Part shown: positions 17,637 to 27,984 of the stretch, one piece after another | Layout of the letters: every line of letters starts with the position of its first letter | Numbering within the stretch: the first letter of the stretch is position 1 | Notes under the pieces: model-generated | What the model was told of the DNA's origin: nothing | What the model saw: the letters and a program-made list of their open reading frames with translations, nothing else | The model's database searches: none | Assembly (NCBI GenBank): GCA_029564765.1 | Contig: JAKQPK010000050.1 | Coordinates: forward strand, 210,977 to 274,976 | Direction: 5' to 3' | Length of the DNA stretch: 64,000 nt | Source: Candidatus Omnitrophota bacterium | GTDB taxonomy: Bacteria; Omnitrophota; Gorgyraeia; Zapsychrales; Aceulaceae | Translations under genes and position numbers: made by a program

Positions 17637-20600
17637 TTACGCCTTTTTCTTTGGCGCAAACGCTTCTGAAGCCAAGGCCTCATAAATAGCCCAGCGCTCG
17701 TTCACATCATTTTGCGCTTGCTCTAACAAAACTTTAGACTTCTCAGGGTTGCTAGCCGCCAAGGTCTTGAAACGTGTTTCCTTAAGCGCGTATTCAGCAA
17801 ATCCCATCTTTGGTGCCTGAGAATCCAGAACTAAAGGATTCTTACCTTCATCTTTAAACAATGGATTATATCTGAACAATGGCCAATAACCGCACGCGAC
17901 CGCGTCTTTTTGATAATCCAACCCTCGCCCCATGTTGATCCCGTGCGCGATACAATGGGAATACGCAATGATCAGCGATGGACCTGGATAATGTTCAGCC
18001 TCTAAAAATGATTTAACAGTATGCTCATCCCGCGCGCCGAGCGCGACATTGGCCACGTAAACATTACCATAGCTCATGATCATACGAGCAAGGTCTTTTT
18101 TAGGAGCAGGTTTTCCAGAAGCCGCGAATTTCGCGACAGCCCCGCGAGGAGTTGCTTTGGACATCTGTCCGCCGGTATTAGAATAAACCTCAGTGTCCAG
18201 GACCAAAACATTGACGTCAAAACCTGAGGCCAGAACATGATCAAGGCCGCCAAAGCCGATGTCATAAGCCCATCCATCACCACCCATGATCCAAACGCTT
18301 TTCTTGACCAACGTATCTACGATGCTCAAAAGCTGCTTCGCGTCGCTCGATGCGTCATTTTTGATCTTTTCCTTTAAGGTCTCAACGCGTTGACGCTGTT
18401 CAAAAATATCAGATTCTTCCACCTGCTTGGCTTCAACGATCGCCTGCGCAAGCTCTGTGCCGATCTTGCTTTCCAATCTTTTGACCAGCTCACAGGCGTA
18501 CTCTTGCTGCTTATTAAGCGCCAAACGAAAACCAAGGCCAAACTCAGCATTATCCTCAAAGAGCGAATTCGACCATGCCGGGCCTCGACCTTGTGCATTC
18601 TGCGCCCATGGCGTTGTTGGTAGATTGCCGCCGTAGATCGAGGTACAACCTGTAGCGTTAGCAACGACCATGCGGTCACCGAAAAGCTGTGACACAAGAC
18701 GAATATATGGTGTTTCTCCGCAACCACCGCACGCTCCTGAAAACTCAAACAACGGTTGTAAAAATTGAGAGCTGCGCACCGTTGGCTTAACCTTAGTACG
18801 ATCTAAAACAGGGATCGATGAGAAAAACTTCCAATTCTTAGCCTCTTCCTCCCTTAACGGGGGCTGAGGATGCATATTAATCGCTTTTTTGTTCGGATCT
18901 GCCTTGTCTTTCACAGGACATGTCGTCACGCACAAGCCGCATCCCGTACAATCCTCGACAGCGACTTGCAAAGTAAACTCCATCCCGCTGAGATCTTTAT
19001 CTTTAGCTGGAACATGCTTAAAGGCCGCAGGAGCGCCGGAAAGCACCTTTGGATCATAGGCCTTCGCGCGAATGACCGCGTGAGGGCATACGGTACTGCA
19101 CTTTCCGCACTGAATACAGATATCTTTTTCCCAGACAGGAACCTGTAGCGCGATGTTTCTTTTTTCCCATTGCGTTGTTCCTGTTGGAAAAGTTCCATCG
19201 CAAGGAAAAGCGCTTGTAGGAAGCTCATCACCGCAATTCGCCATGATCTTCGCGAGAACTTTTCTAACGAATTCCGGAGCTTCCTCTGAAACAACCGGCG
19301 GCATATCGATCATGCTTGTGACCTTATTGGGATATTCAACCTTATGTAGATTCTCAAGGGTCTTATCAACGGCAGCGAAATTCATTTTAACAACATCCGC
19401 GCCTTTCTTGCCATAGGCATGCTCGATCGATTTTTTAATCTCCGCGATCGCTTGTTCTCGAGGGAGAACGCCGGATATCGCGAAAAAGCATGTCTGCATG
19501 ATCGTGTTCACACGTCCACCCATACCGCTGGCTTCGGCCACCTTGTAACCATCAATGACATAAAACTGCAACTTCTTATTAATGATCTGCTGCTGGACTT
19601 GTTTTGGTAAATGGTCCCAAACCTCATCTTTTCCATAATAGCTATTCAACAAAAATACCCCATTATCATCAACATGGCGCAAGATATCATATTTCTCAAG
19701 GAACACAAATTGGTGACAAGCGAGAAAATTCGCGCGGGTGATCAAATACGGCGCGCGAATAGGATCAGGCCCAAAACGCAAATGGGATACCGTCATGCTT
19801 CCGGATTTCTTAGAATCATAAACAAAATACCCTTGCGCGTAATTAGGCGTGTTTTCCCCAATGATCTTAATGGACTGATGATTAGCGCCGACGGTTCCAT
19901 CTGAGCCAAGCCCGTAAAAAACCGCGCGTACACTTTTTGGGTTTTCGGTTGAAAATGATGGGTCAAATGAAAGAGATGTCTTAGTAACATCTTCTGTGAT
20001 GCCTACTGTAAAATGATTTTTCGGTTCTTTCTTTGCCATCTCATCAAAGACACCCTTGACCATCGCAGGGGTGAATTCTTTGGATGAAAGGCCGTAGCGA
20101 CCCCCGATCACCTTAGGAAGGCTGGCAAAATTTGAAGCGCCTTTCTCAAATAAAGCGTTCGTGACATCAAGATACATCGGCTCTCCGCCAGCACCAGGCT
20201 CTTTGCAGCGATCCAAGACTGCGATCGTTCGTGTTGTCTTTGGCAGGGCGTCAATAAACGCTTCAACAGCAAACGGACGATATAGGCGTACATTCAGAAC
20301 ACCGACCTTCTCACCTTTTTTCGTTAAGTGGTCCACTGTTTCTCTGCAGACTTCTGTCCCGGAACCCATCATAACGATCACGCGCTCAGCATCTAAAGCG
20401 CCGACATACTCAAAAAGCTTATATTGACGGCCTGTCAGCTTGGCAAATTTGTCCATAGCGCTTTGAACGATCGCTGGACACTTATCATAATACGCATTGA
20501 CGATCTCGCGAGCCTGGAAAAACACATCTGGATTCTGCGCAGTTCCGCGAATAACAGGATTGTCCGGAGAGAGAGCACGAGCGCGATGCGCAAAAACCTG

Positions 20601-21194
20601 CTCATCGTTGATCATCGACTTGATATCTTCATCCGTTAACAATTCGATCTTAGCAAGTTCATGGGAGGTGCGAAAACCATCAAAGAAATGCACAAAAGGA
20701 ACCCGTGATTCGAGCGTTGCGGCATGCGCGATCAAGGCAAGATCCATGACTTCCTGAACTGAATTAGACGATAACAGCGCGAACCCTGTCGAACGGGCCG
20801 CCATCACATCCGCATGATCACCAAAAATAGACAAAGCGTGCGTGGCGATCGTACGTGCAGCGATATGAAAAACGGTTGGGGTCAACTCACCGGAGATCTT
20901 AAACATATTAGGGATCATCAAAAGAAGTCCTTGGGAAGCCGTAAAAGTTGTCGCTAAAGCGCCTCGCTGCAATGCGCCATGGATCGCGCCTGCCGCGCCA
21001 CCTTCGCTTTGCATCTCTTGGACTAAAGGCGTTGTGCCCCAAATATTCTTTAAATTCTTAGCTGCCCATGCATCCGCCCACTCTCCCATATTGGAAGACG
21101 GGGTGATCGGATAGATCGCGATCACTTCGCTTACCTTAAAAGCGACATGCGCCGCGGCCTCATTACCGTCCATCATAATTTGTTTTCGTGCCAT
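17637..21194 (-). CDS. nifJ: Pyruvate:ferredoxin (flavodoxin) oxidoreductase, homodimeric type
   Basis: DGNEAAA, YPITPS, QSEGGAAG, GLGSDGTVG, 2x CxxCxxCxxxCP, GACGGCGE, GGDGWAYDIG; probable start MARKQ at 21194. Confidence 0.97.
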   Translation of the reverse strand: MARKQIMMDGNEAAAHVAFKVSEVIAIYPITPSSNMGEWADAWAAKNLKNIWGTTPLVQEMQSEGGAAGAIHGALQRGALATTFTASQGLLLMIPNMFKISGELTPTVFHIAARTIATHALSIFGDHADVMAARSTGFALLSSNSVQEVMDLALIAHAATLESRVPFVHFFDGFRTSHELAKIELLTDEDIKSMINDEQVFAHRARALSPDNPVIRGTAQNPDVFFQAREIVNAYYDKCPAIVQSAMDKFAKLTGRQYKLFEYVGALDAERVIVMMGSGTEVCRETVDHLTKKGEKVGVLNVRLYRPFAVEAFIDALPKTTRTIAVLDRCKEPGAGGEPMYLDVTNALFEKGASNFASLPKVIGGRYGLSSKEFTPAMVKGVFDEMAKKEPKNHFTVGITEDVTKTSLSFDPSFSTENPKSVRAVFYGLGSDGTVGANHQSIKIIGENTPNYAQGYFVYDSKKSGSMTVSHLRFGPDPIRAPYLITRANFLACHQFVFLEKYDILRHVDDNGVFLLNSYYGKDEVWDHLPKQVQQQIINKKLQFYVIDGYKVAEASGMGGRVNTIMQTCFFAISGVLPREQAIAEIKKSIEHAYGKKGADVVKMNFAAVDKTLENLHKVEYPNKVTSMIDMPPVVSEEAPEFVRKVLAKIMANCGDELPTSAFPCDGTFPTGTTQWEKRNIALQVPVWEKDICIQCGKCSTVCPHAVIRAKAYDPKVLSGAPAAFKHVPAKDKDLSGMEFTLQVAVEDCTGCGLCVTTCPVKDKADPNKKAINMHPQPPLREEEAKNWKFFSSIPVLDRTKVKPTVRSSQFLQPLFEFSGACGGCGETPYIRLVSQLFGDRMVVANATGCTSIYGGNLPTTPWAQNAQGRGPAWSNSLFEDNAEFGLGFRLALNKQQEYACELVKRLESKIGTELAQAIVEAKQVEESDIFEQRQRVETLKEKIKNDASSDAKQLLSIVDTLVKKSVWIMGGDGWAYDIGFGGLDHVLASGFDVNVLVLDTEVYSNTGGQMSKATPRGAVAKFAASGKPAPKKDLARMIMSYGNVYVANVALGARDEHTVKSFLEAEHYPGPSLIIAYSHCIAHGINMGRGLDYQKDAVACGYWPLFRYNPLFKDEGKNPLVLDSQAPKMGFAEYALKETRFKTLAASNPEKSKVLLEQAQNDVNERWAIYEALASEAFAPKKKA

Positions 21195-21344
21195 TGCTTT
21201 CCTACCCTTTCTTAAATATCTGCCCTGGCAAAGTGATTTTGCGGGCATTGGTTCTATGATTTAATCCTGGTGATTGTCTTTGCAAATGCAGGTCTGTTAA
21301 AGAATTCTGAAATTATAGCACGATTTGGCCAAATGAAAAGCATA

Positions 21345-21388
21345 AAATTAAAAGAATAGGGGCCTTTTTGCTTCGCAAAAGGCCCCTT
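21345..21388 (-). terminator. Intrinsic terminator after the vWA gene
   Basis: AGGGGCCTTTT...AAAAGGCCCCT stem, then ATTCTTTTAATTTT on the minus strand. Confidence 0.7.
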
Positions 21389-21416
21389 CCTCAAACACCT
21401 CTACCTATATTAAAGC

Positions 21417-23516
21417 CTACTCTGTCGACCCTCCTTTAAACTGAATACCAACAGCCCCAAAGCTGGCATCTAGCAATTGAGCTTTCTTGACCAGATCAAT
21501 GAGTTCCGCGCGATAACCCCACGTATCGTTTCCCTTGGCCGCCGTTGCCGCGCTTATGACATGCTCATAAGAAGCTTTGCCCTTGTATTCTGATTTTCTA
21601 AGCAAAAGACCGAACTCTGCAACAGCTGAGGCGAACTGAAAATTATTTGATAATGGCTTATCAAAAATGTCACCTTTCTTAAGCGACTGCTCGATCAGCT
21701 GGCTCACATCCGCATCCGGCGCTTTATAGCGAAGCTTGATCGTCAAAAGGTCGTCGCTTGGGCTTACGGTTTGTTTCTGATATTTCAAGGCATCAACGTT
21801 GGACACTGCTTCGCTGGACCCCGCGGGAATAACCTCGTATAGCGCGGTCACCGTATGTCCCGCTCCGAGCTCGCCAGCATCCTTGGTATCATCATTAAAA
21901 TCCTCTTTGGCAAGGATACGGTTTTCATATCCAATCAACCGATACGCTTTAACATGGGCCGGATTGAATTCGATCTGGATCTTTACGTCCTTAGCGATCG
22001 TGAACAATGTTGAACCCAACTCGCTGACCAAAACCTTTTTCCCTTCATTCAGGTTGTCAATATAATAAAAATTACCGTTTCCTTTGTTTGCCAACTGCTC
22101 CATCTTAGCGTCTTGATAATTACCCGCACCAAAACCCAAGACGGTCAAGAAAACTCCTTCTTTACGTTTTTCCTCGATCAAACGCACAAGCTCGGCATCT
22201 GAAGAGACACCGACATTGAAATCACCGTCAGTCGCCAAGACGATCCGATTATTGCCATTAGATATAAAATTCTTTTTGGCGATCTCGTACGCAAGCTTGA
22301 TTCCTGCTCCTCCCGCGGTGGACCCTCCGGCATACAAATTATTGATCGCGCCAAGGATCATTTCTTTCTGATTTCCTGGTGTTGAATCTAAAACCAAGCC
22401 GGCGCTTCCGGCATACGTCACAATAGCCACGCGTTCGTTGGCTGTCAGCTGTTGAACTAAAAGACGGAATGACTGCTTAAGAAGCTCAAGCTTGTTTACG
22501 GACTGCATGGACCCTGAAGTATCGATCAAAAAGACCAAATTACTCGCAGGCAGCTTTTGCGCATCAAGCTTCTTTCCCTGAATCCCGACTAAAACAAGCT
22601 GGTGTTCAGCATTCCACGGACAAGTGCTTCCTTCAAGCGTTACGGAAAAAGGATCATCACCTTTTGGCTGTGGATAATCATAGGAAAAATAATTGATCAT
22701 CTCCTCAATGCGGGCTGCATCCTGAGGCGGCATCTGGTTGTTATTCAGGAACCTACGAATATTACTATAGGAAGCAGTGTCAACATCGATCGAGAAAGTT
22801 GACAGCGGATTCTGGGCGACTTCCAAGAATTTATTGTCATAGATGCGATTGTATCCTTCACGGCTGAATTCTGCAGGCGTCTGAGGATAAGGGAGCGGAC
22901 AGCCGATCACGCTCTCTTCTCTTGTGAGGCCAGCAGCCATCGATAGTGTTCTCTTGTCTGCCGCCAACCCAAAATGAGCTGATGTTTGCAGGGCTACCCC
23001 TTCGCTACGGCCGGTCCTCACGCTCGAAGCTTGATAATACGGTTCGTACTGCTGGGCGCTGATATCGTCTGCGCTTGACCGTAGCGCGCCTGTAATCGTA
23101 CGCGGAGAAACAGCTGAGGCAACGGTCTTGGCAAGCTGGACCGGTGCAGATACAAAAGTTGCCGCGTCCCGCAGCTGAGCACGTAATCCTTTTTGCGCAT
23201 AGAGCTGTAGACCGCCAACCAAAACCACCAAAACAACAACAGTTAATACTGCCTCTAAATATTTTTTGTTTTTCATCGAAGAACCTCCCGTTTGTCGACG
23301 AATGTCGAACTTATTCTGAAACTGTTTTTCCAGATCGGGAGAGGGAAGTTCATCTTTCCATGTTCGCAAAAGGGAAGAAATTTTTCGCAGCTTATCTGCG
23401 TACGCGCGGCACGAAGGACAACTCTTGAGGTGCTCGGCGACAAGAAGCTTTTGCGGTTCGGTCGCTTCATTGTCCATCATAAGCGAAATTAATTGTTTAC
23501 ATTCATGATGCCTCAT
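21417..23516 (-). CDS. Zinc-finger (ZAS) anti-sigma domain - TM - YfbK-like von Willebrand A protein
   Basis: HLKSCPSC (HxxxCxxC), TM helix, PLSTFSIDVDTASY, MIDAS DTSGS, TDGDFNVG, DAGELGAGH. Confidence 0.9.
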   Translation of the reverse strand: MRHHECKQLISLMMDNEATEPQKLLVAEHLKSCPSCRAYADKLRKISSLLRTWKDELPSPDLEKQFQNKFDIRRQTGGSSMKNKKYLEAVLTVVVLVVLVGGLQLYAQKGLRAQLRDAATFVSAPVQLAKTVASAVSPRTITGALRSSADDISAQQYEPYYQASSVRTGRSEGVALQTSAHFGLAADKRTLSMAAGLTREESVIGCPLPYPQTPAEFSREGYNRIYDNKFLEVAQNPLSTFSIDVDTASYSNIRRFLNNNQMPPQDAARIEEMINYFSYDYPQPKGDDPFSVTLEGSTCPWNAEHQLVLVGIQGKKLDAQKLPASNLVFLIDTSGSMQSVNKLELLKQSFRLLVQQLTANERVAIVTYAGSAGLVLDSTPGNQKEMILGAINNLYAGGSTAGGAGIKLAYEIAKKNFISNGNNRIVLATDGDFNVGVSSDAELVRLIEEKRKEGVFLTVLGFGAGNYQDAKMEQLANKGNGNFYYIDNLNEGKKVLVSELGSTLFTIAKDVKIQIEFNPAHVKAYRLIGYENRILAKEDFNDDTKDAGELGAGHTVTALYEVIPAGSSEAVSNVDALKYQKQTVSPSDDLLTIKLRYKAPDADVSQLIEQSLKKGDIFDKPLSNNFQFASAVAEFGLLLRKSEYKGKASYEHVISAATAAKGNDTWGYRAELIDLVKKAQLLDASFGAVGIQFKGGSTE

Positions 23517-24090
23517 AGCGTTCCTCTGTGATTAAAAATGCCAAATGCTTTTTTAAGTTTTCCCGGGCGCGGAAAATAAGGATCTTAACTTTTTCCAAAG
23601 AACAATCCAAGACCAGGCTGATCTCCTGGTAGCTTAGGTTTTGATATTCACGCAGAACGATCACTTCCTTCTGTAGTGCAGGAAGCTTGTTGAGCGCCTT
23701 TTGGACGGCAGATGACAGTTCTTCTTCAGCCGTCACTTTTTCCGGATTCAGGCTAATGTCTGGAATATCCATCTGATGATATTCATCCTCTTTTTTGTCC
23801 TTTACCCAGAACGCAAAGAACCTGCGCTTCTGACGTAAACGCGTAAAACACATATGACGGGCAACCGTATACAGCCAAGTCGAAAACTTTGCCTGCGGCT
23901 TGTAGCTATCTTTCTTGACAAAAAGCGTGATAAAAATATCACTGACGATATCTTCCGCCTCGGCTCTATCGCTTAAGATCCGCAGGGCGTAGTTGAATAT
24001 CGGCTTTTTGTAGCGATGAAAGATCACCTCAAGCGCCTCCTTGTCGCCATCTTGATACGCCAAGATTAAGTCTTCATCACGGCTTTCCAT
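23503..24090 (-). CDS. ECF sigma-70 factor
   Basis: AEDIVSDIF, FSTWLYTVA, LSYQEIS...VKILIFRARENL; overlaps the anti-sigma gene. Confidence 0.93.
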   Translation of the reverse strand: MESRDEDLILAYQDGDKEALEVIFHRYKKPIFNYALRILSDRAEAEDIVSDIFITLFVKKDSYKPQAKFSTWLYTVARHMCFTRLRQKRRFFAFWVKDKKEDEYHQMDIPDISLNPEKVTAEEELSSAVQKALNKLPALQKEVIVLREYQNLSYQEISLVLDCSLEKVKILIFRARENLKKHLAFLITEERYEAS

Positions 24091-24142
24091 CTTGTCCTTA
24101 TCTTCCCTCTCCTACGTATTAAACGCGCCAGAGGACAAAAAG

Positions 24143-24817
24143 TTACACATTTTTTTCCCAGCGTTCCTGAAGGGCTTGAAACTCTTCTTCTGTGTAAGGC
24201 CTAGCGTCTTTCAAGAGGCTATCAAGAATTGGAGTTTTGGTTGAAAAAGTCTGGAGGAAATATTTCTTCGCGCCTTTAAGGCTATTTATGATATCTTGTA
24301 AATCATTGTTAGATATAAATTTACACACAAGTGTTGTGCGAAAATGATAATCTAATCCTGAGTTAATGATCATTCTGATGCTTTCTTGAATATGACTTAC
24401 ATCCACATCAATACCAGCTGCCTCGCGATAACGGCCCAAGGACGTTTTGATGTCCATCGCAATGTAATCAACAAGCCTATTATTGATCAACCTCTTTAAA
24501 GCTTTAGGATTATTGCCATTGGTATCAAGTTTTACCGCGAAACCGAGCTCTTTGATCTTTGCGAGGAACTCTGGCAGATCAGCGTGGATAGTCGGCTCAC
24601 CTCCTGTCACGACAACGCCCGTAAGCTGATCTTGTCGTTTTCGCAGGAATTTTAAGATTTCTTCTTGGTCTACGGGAGGGAGGAATCTTTCGGGGAGAAC
24701 CAAGTCGGGATTATGACAAAAAGGGCAGCGGAAATCGCACCCTTGGGTGAAGATGACCGCTGCCACTTTTTGAGGATAGTCGATCAGAGAAAACTTTTGA
24801 AATCCACCTATTCGCAT
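24143..24817 (-). CDS. nrdG: Anaerobic ribonucleoside-triphosphate reductase activating radical SAM protein
   Basis: GCDFRCPFCHNP, TGGEPT, KLDTNG; adjacent to nrdD. Confidence 0.93.
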   Translation of the reverse strand: MRIGGFQKFSLIDYPQKVAAVIFTQGCDFRCPFCHNPDLVLPERFLPPVDQEEILKFLRKRQDQLTGVVVTGGEPTIHADLPEFLAKIKELGFAVKLDTNGNNPKALKRLINNRLVDYIAMDIKTSLGRYREAAGIDVDVSHIQESIRMIINSGLDYHFRTTLVCKFISNNDLQDIINSLKGAKKYFLQTFSTKTPILDSLLKDARPYTEEEFQALQERWEKNV

Positions 24818-24822
24818 GCTTG

Positions 24823-24925
24823 TCCTGTTAGAGAACAGCTCTCTGTCTTCTTTGCTGAAAGGGGTCTGGTGCTGATCACGTTTTCAATTGAATATCGCTT
24901 TTGCTGGCACTTTTCTCTAACAGGA
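24823..24925. mobile_element. MITE-like 103-bp element with 13-bp terminal inverted repeats between nrdD and nrdG
   Basis: TCCTGTTAGAGAA (24823-24835) / TTCTCTAACAGGA (24913-24925). Confidence 0.5.
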
Positions 24926-27034
24926 TGAACAAATGCGATATGTTTTTCTCTGTGCAAATTCTTGCTTCTTACCTTTATTCCATTGCTGAACCGGCCGCAA
25001 ATATCCAACAACGCGTGAATAGATCTCACATTCAGCTTGGCACTTTGGGCAATGCTGATGCTCACCGGCGACATAGCCACAGCTAGGGCACACGCTAAAG
25101 GTTGGCGTGATCGTGAAGTATGGCAACTTATACTTATGACAAACTGTTTTAATAAGGGCTTTGAGACTTTCCGTGTCGTCTATCTTCTCGCCGACAAACC
25201 CGTGCAAGACCGTGCCGCCCGTGTAGCGGCTCTGTAGATCATCTTGCTGATCAAGAACCTCGAAGATATCATCCGAATAGCCGACAGGAAGGTGTGTCGA
25301 GTTGGTATAAAAAGGTTCCTTGCCTTTTTGGTATTCTTCTTCGTTAGCGCAAATGATATCCGGGAAATTATCCTTATCAACTCGCGCCAGGCGGTATGAA
25401 ACACCTTCAGCGGGCGTGGCTTCCAAATTATAGTTATTGCCGGTTTCTTCCTGGAATTCTGTCATGCGTGCGCGCATATAATCCAAAACCTTAGCGGCAA
25501 AAGCACGGCCTTTTTCAGAGGCAATGTTTTCCTGGAAAAGATTAAGGCAAGCTTCATTCATCCCAACTAAACCGATCGTTGAGAAATGATTCTTCCAATA
25601 TTCACCCAAGCGTTGCTTAACACCACGCAAATAGAATTTAATATAAGGGTAAAGATTGTTTTCTGTAAAGCTCTCCAAGACTTTTCGTTTGATCTCAAGG
25701 CTCTCTTTAGACAACAGCATCAATTCATCAAGCCCTTTAAAAAATGTTTTTTCATCTTTGGACGTATAGGCCAAACGCGGCATGTTGATGGTCACAACGC
25801 CGATCGATCCCGTTAGAGGTGAAGAACCAAACAGTCCTCCCCCACGCTTACGTAGCTCGCGATTATCCAGACGCAAGCGACAACACATACTGCGCGCGTC
25901 ATCAGGGCTCATATCCGAATTAATAAAGTTGGCAAAATATGGGATACCGTATTTGGCAGTCACTTCCCAAAGAGGTTTTAAATTTGGATTATCCCAATCA
26001 AAGTCCTTAGAGATATTATAGGTCGGGATCGGGAACGTAAAGACCCTTCCTTTGGCGTCTCCTTCGATCAAGACCTCAAGAAAAGCCTTGTTGAACATAT
26101 CCATCTCAACCTGGAATTCTTTATAGGTCTCTTTCTTCATTTCCCCGCCGATGATAACGTTTTGGTCCTTAAAATGTGACGGCGGATGAAGGTCGCAGGT
26201 GACATTGGTAAAAGGTGTTTGGAAACCAACTCTTGTTGGCACATTGACATTAAAGACAAACTCTTGCAGTACTTGCTTGACATCTTTATAGGCTAATCCA
26301 TCATAGCGGATAAAAGGCGCTAATAACGTGTCGAAGTTAGAAAAAGCCTGGGCCCCGGATGCTTCGCCTTGAAGTGTGTAAAAGAAGTTCACGAGCTGCC
26401 CTAAGGCGCTGCGCATGTGCTTAGCAGGTTTTGATTCCATTTTTCCTGAGGCACCCTTAAAACCAACCGTGAGCAGGTCCTGTAGGTCCCAACCGACGCA
26501 ATAAACGCTTAAAAGCCCTAGGTCATGAACATGAAAGTCTCCGGCGTTGTGGGCGTCCTTAACCTCTAAGGGATAAATTTTGTTTAACCAGTACACCTTG
26601 CTGATCTCAGAGGAAACATAATTATTCAATCCCTGCAAAGAAAAAGCCATATTGCTATTTTCGTTGACTTTCCAGTCCGCCTGCGTGAGGTATTGTTCAA
26701 CAAGGCTGACGTTACTGGCGGATGTGATCTCGCGGATCTTGGCATGTTGATCACGATAAATAATGTAAGCTTTTGCGGTTTTGCGGTACGGGGAGGATAT
26801 CAAAACTTCTTCGACAATATCTTGAATATCTTCAACTGTTGGCGCCGTGTCCGGACTCATGAGCTGCTGAGCAATGTTAATCACACGAAGTGTTAACTTC
26901 TGCGCAACATCTCGACCAAATTCACCTGTCGCTTCTCCGGCCTTTTCGATGGCCTTTATGATCTTCTCGGTGTTAAACGTTTCTTCAACACCATTACGTT
27001 TAACGATCTTGGTCAAGACCTCCGTGGTTTGCAT
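24917..27034 (-). CDS. nrdD: Class III (anaerobic) ribonucleoside-triphosphate reductase with ATP cone
   Basis: IVKRNG ATP cone, HVHDL, SMCCRL, EATPAEG, CPSC/CPKC, YSRVVGY glycyl-radical loop. Confidence 0.96.
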   Translation of the reverse strand: MQTTEVLTKIVKRNGVEETFNTEKIIKAIEKAGEATGEFGRDVAQKLTLRVINIAQQLMSPDTAPTVEDIQDIVEEVLISSPYRKTAKAYIIYRDQHAKIREITSASNVSLVEQYLTQADWKVNENSNMAFSLQGLNNYVSSEISKVYWLNKIYPLEVKDAHNAGDFHVHDLGLLSVYCVGWDLQDLLTVGFKGASGKMESKPAKHMRSALGQLVNFFYTLQGEASGAQAFSNFDTLLAPFIRYDGLAYKDVKQVLQEFVFNVNVPTRVGFQTPFTNVTCDLHPPSHFKDQNVIIGGEMKKETYKEFQVEMDMFNKAFLEVLIEGDAKGRVFTFPIPTYNISKDFDWDNPNLKPLWEVTAKYGIPYFANFINSDMSPDDARSMCCRLRLDNRELRKRGGGLFGSSPLTGSIGVVTINMPRLAYTSKDEKTFFKGLDELMLLSKESLEIKRKVLESFTENNLYPYIKFYLRGVKQRLGEYWKNHFSTIGLVGMNEACLNLFQENIASEKGRAFAAKVLDYMRARMTEFQEETGNNYNLEATPAEGVSYRLARVDKDNFPDIICANEEEYQKGKEPFYTNSTHLPVGYSDDIFEVLDQQDDLQSRYTGGTVLHGFVGEKIDDTESLKALIKTVCHKYKLPYFTITPTFSVCPSCGYVAGEHQHCPKCQAECEIYSRVVGYLRPVQQWNKGKKQEFAQRKTYRICSSC

Positions 27035-27101
27035 CTACACCCCCTTCTATGAATAAATTAAAATGAGGAAATTATGCCGACGACAACCAAATCTGTAAAA
27101 T

Positions 27102-27156
27102 ATCTTATACCACAAGATATGGTATGTCAAGAATTTTGTTTCACAATATATAGTGG
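27102..27156 (-). promoter_or_regulatory. nrdD sigma70 promoter with tandem NrdR boxes
   Basis: TTGACA-N17-TAAGAT on the minus strand; CCACAAGATATGGTAT (27110-27125) and TCACAATATATAGTGG (27141-27156), 31 bp apart, match the NrdR consensus. Confidence 0.88.
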
Positions 27157-27170
27157 AATCTGAAAGATAG

Positions 27171-27953
27171 CTATTTCTGAAAACTCCCATGGCGGGATGC
27201 CGTTGCTGTCTCATCGAAAGGATGGTACGGCTTGGAAGGGACATCATAGACACAGAGCGCGTGAAACGATGAATAATATCTTTTAATATCATTCATTTCT
27301 TTCTTTGTCAATGGCTTTGTTGCGCAAGGACGCAAAGGTGTGTTCAGCTGGACTTCGTCAGGATGTATTTTTTGAGCTATCTCGGCGATATCTTTTGCGT
27401 GCACCATGTTATGTTTCACGAACATGATCTGAAGCCCGAGCTTACCTTTAAATTTCTTGCGAAAGGCGCGCAATCCTTTAACAACATCAGCAAAAACAAC
27501 ATCTGCGATCCCGCGATTCACGGCCGCAAAATCTTTAGCGTTATGCGCGTCGAGCTTTGCAAGAACAAAATCTGCCAACATCAGATCTTTTTGAACATCC
27601 GCGCGCGCTATCAGAGTCGAATTAGTGATGACAGCGATCTTTTCTGGACGGATCTTGCGGACCTCTCGGATCATTTCTCCAAGATTCTTTGCAAGCGTGG
27701 GCTCTCCTCGCCCAGAAAAAGTGATGTAGTCAATACCTCCGGGGCCAAGGGATCGGATCTCCGCAATAATTCTGCGAGTCGGGACAAAAACTTCACGCAC
27801 TGTCTGCAAAACATCTGTCTCGCCTAGCTGACAATAAATACAATTAAAGTTGCAGATCTTTTTGCTCTGCGAGATAGGGTCAACGCCAAGCGACATGCCA
27901 AGCCGCCAAGAATATACAGGGCCAAAAATATAACGAAAGGATGTTCTTTTCAT
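27171..27953 (-). CDS. Radical SAM protein (COG0731-like)
   Basis: IFGPVYSWRLGMSLGVD, CNFNCIYC, TFSGRGEPTL. Confidence 0.88.
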   Translation of the reverse strand: MKRTSFRYIFGPVYSWRLGMSLGVDPISQSKKICNFNCIYCQLGETDVLQTVREVFVPTRRIIAEIRSLGPGGIDYITFSGRGEPTLAKNLGEMIREVRKIRPEKIAVITNSTLIARADVQKDLMLADFVLAKLDAHNAKDFAAVNRGIADVVFADVVKGLRAFRKKFKGKLGLQIMFVKHNMVHAKDIAEIAQKIHPDEVQLNTPLRPCATKPLTKKEMNDIKRYYSSFHALCVYDVPSKPYHPFDETATASRHGSFQK

Positions 27954-27984
27954 GAAGCGCTCGAAATGCGGGACTATGAAGATA

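Noticed and set aside
24808-25080. 90-aa minus-strand ORF bridging nrdD and nrdG
   Set aside because: Alternative-frame shadow of nrdD running through the inverted-repeat element; no recognisable motif.
27171-27953. Radical SAM gene as the missing amrS
   Set aside because: Motifs fit the COG0731-like family, not AmrS, and it lies 19 kb from amrBA.
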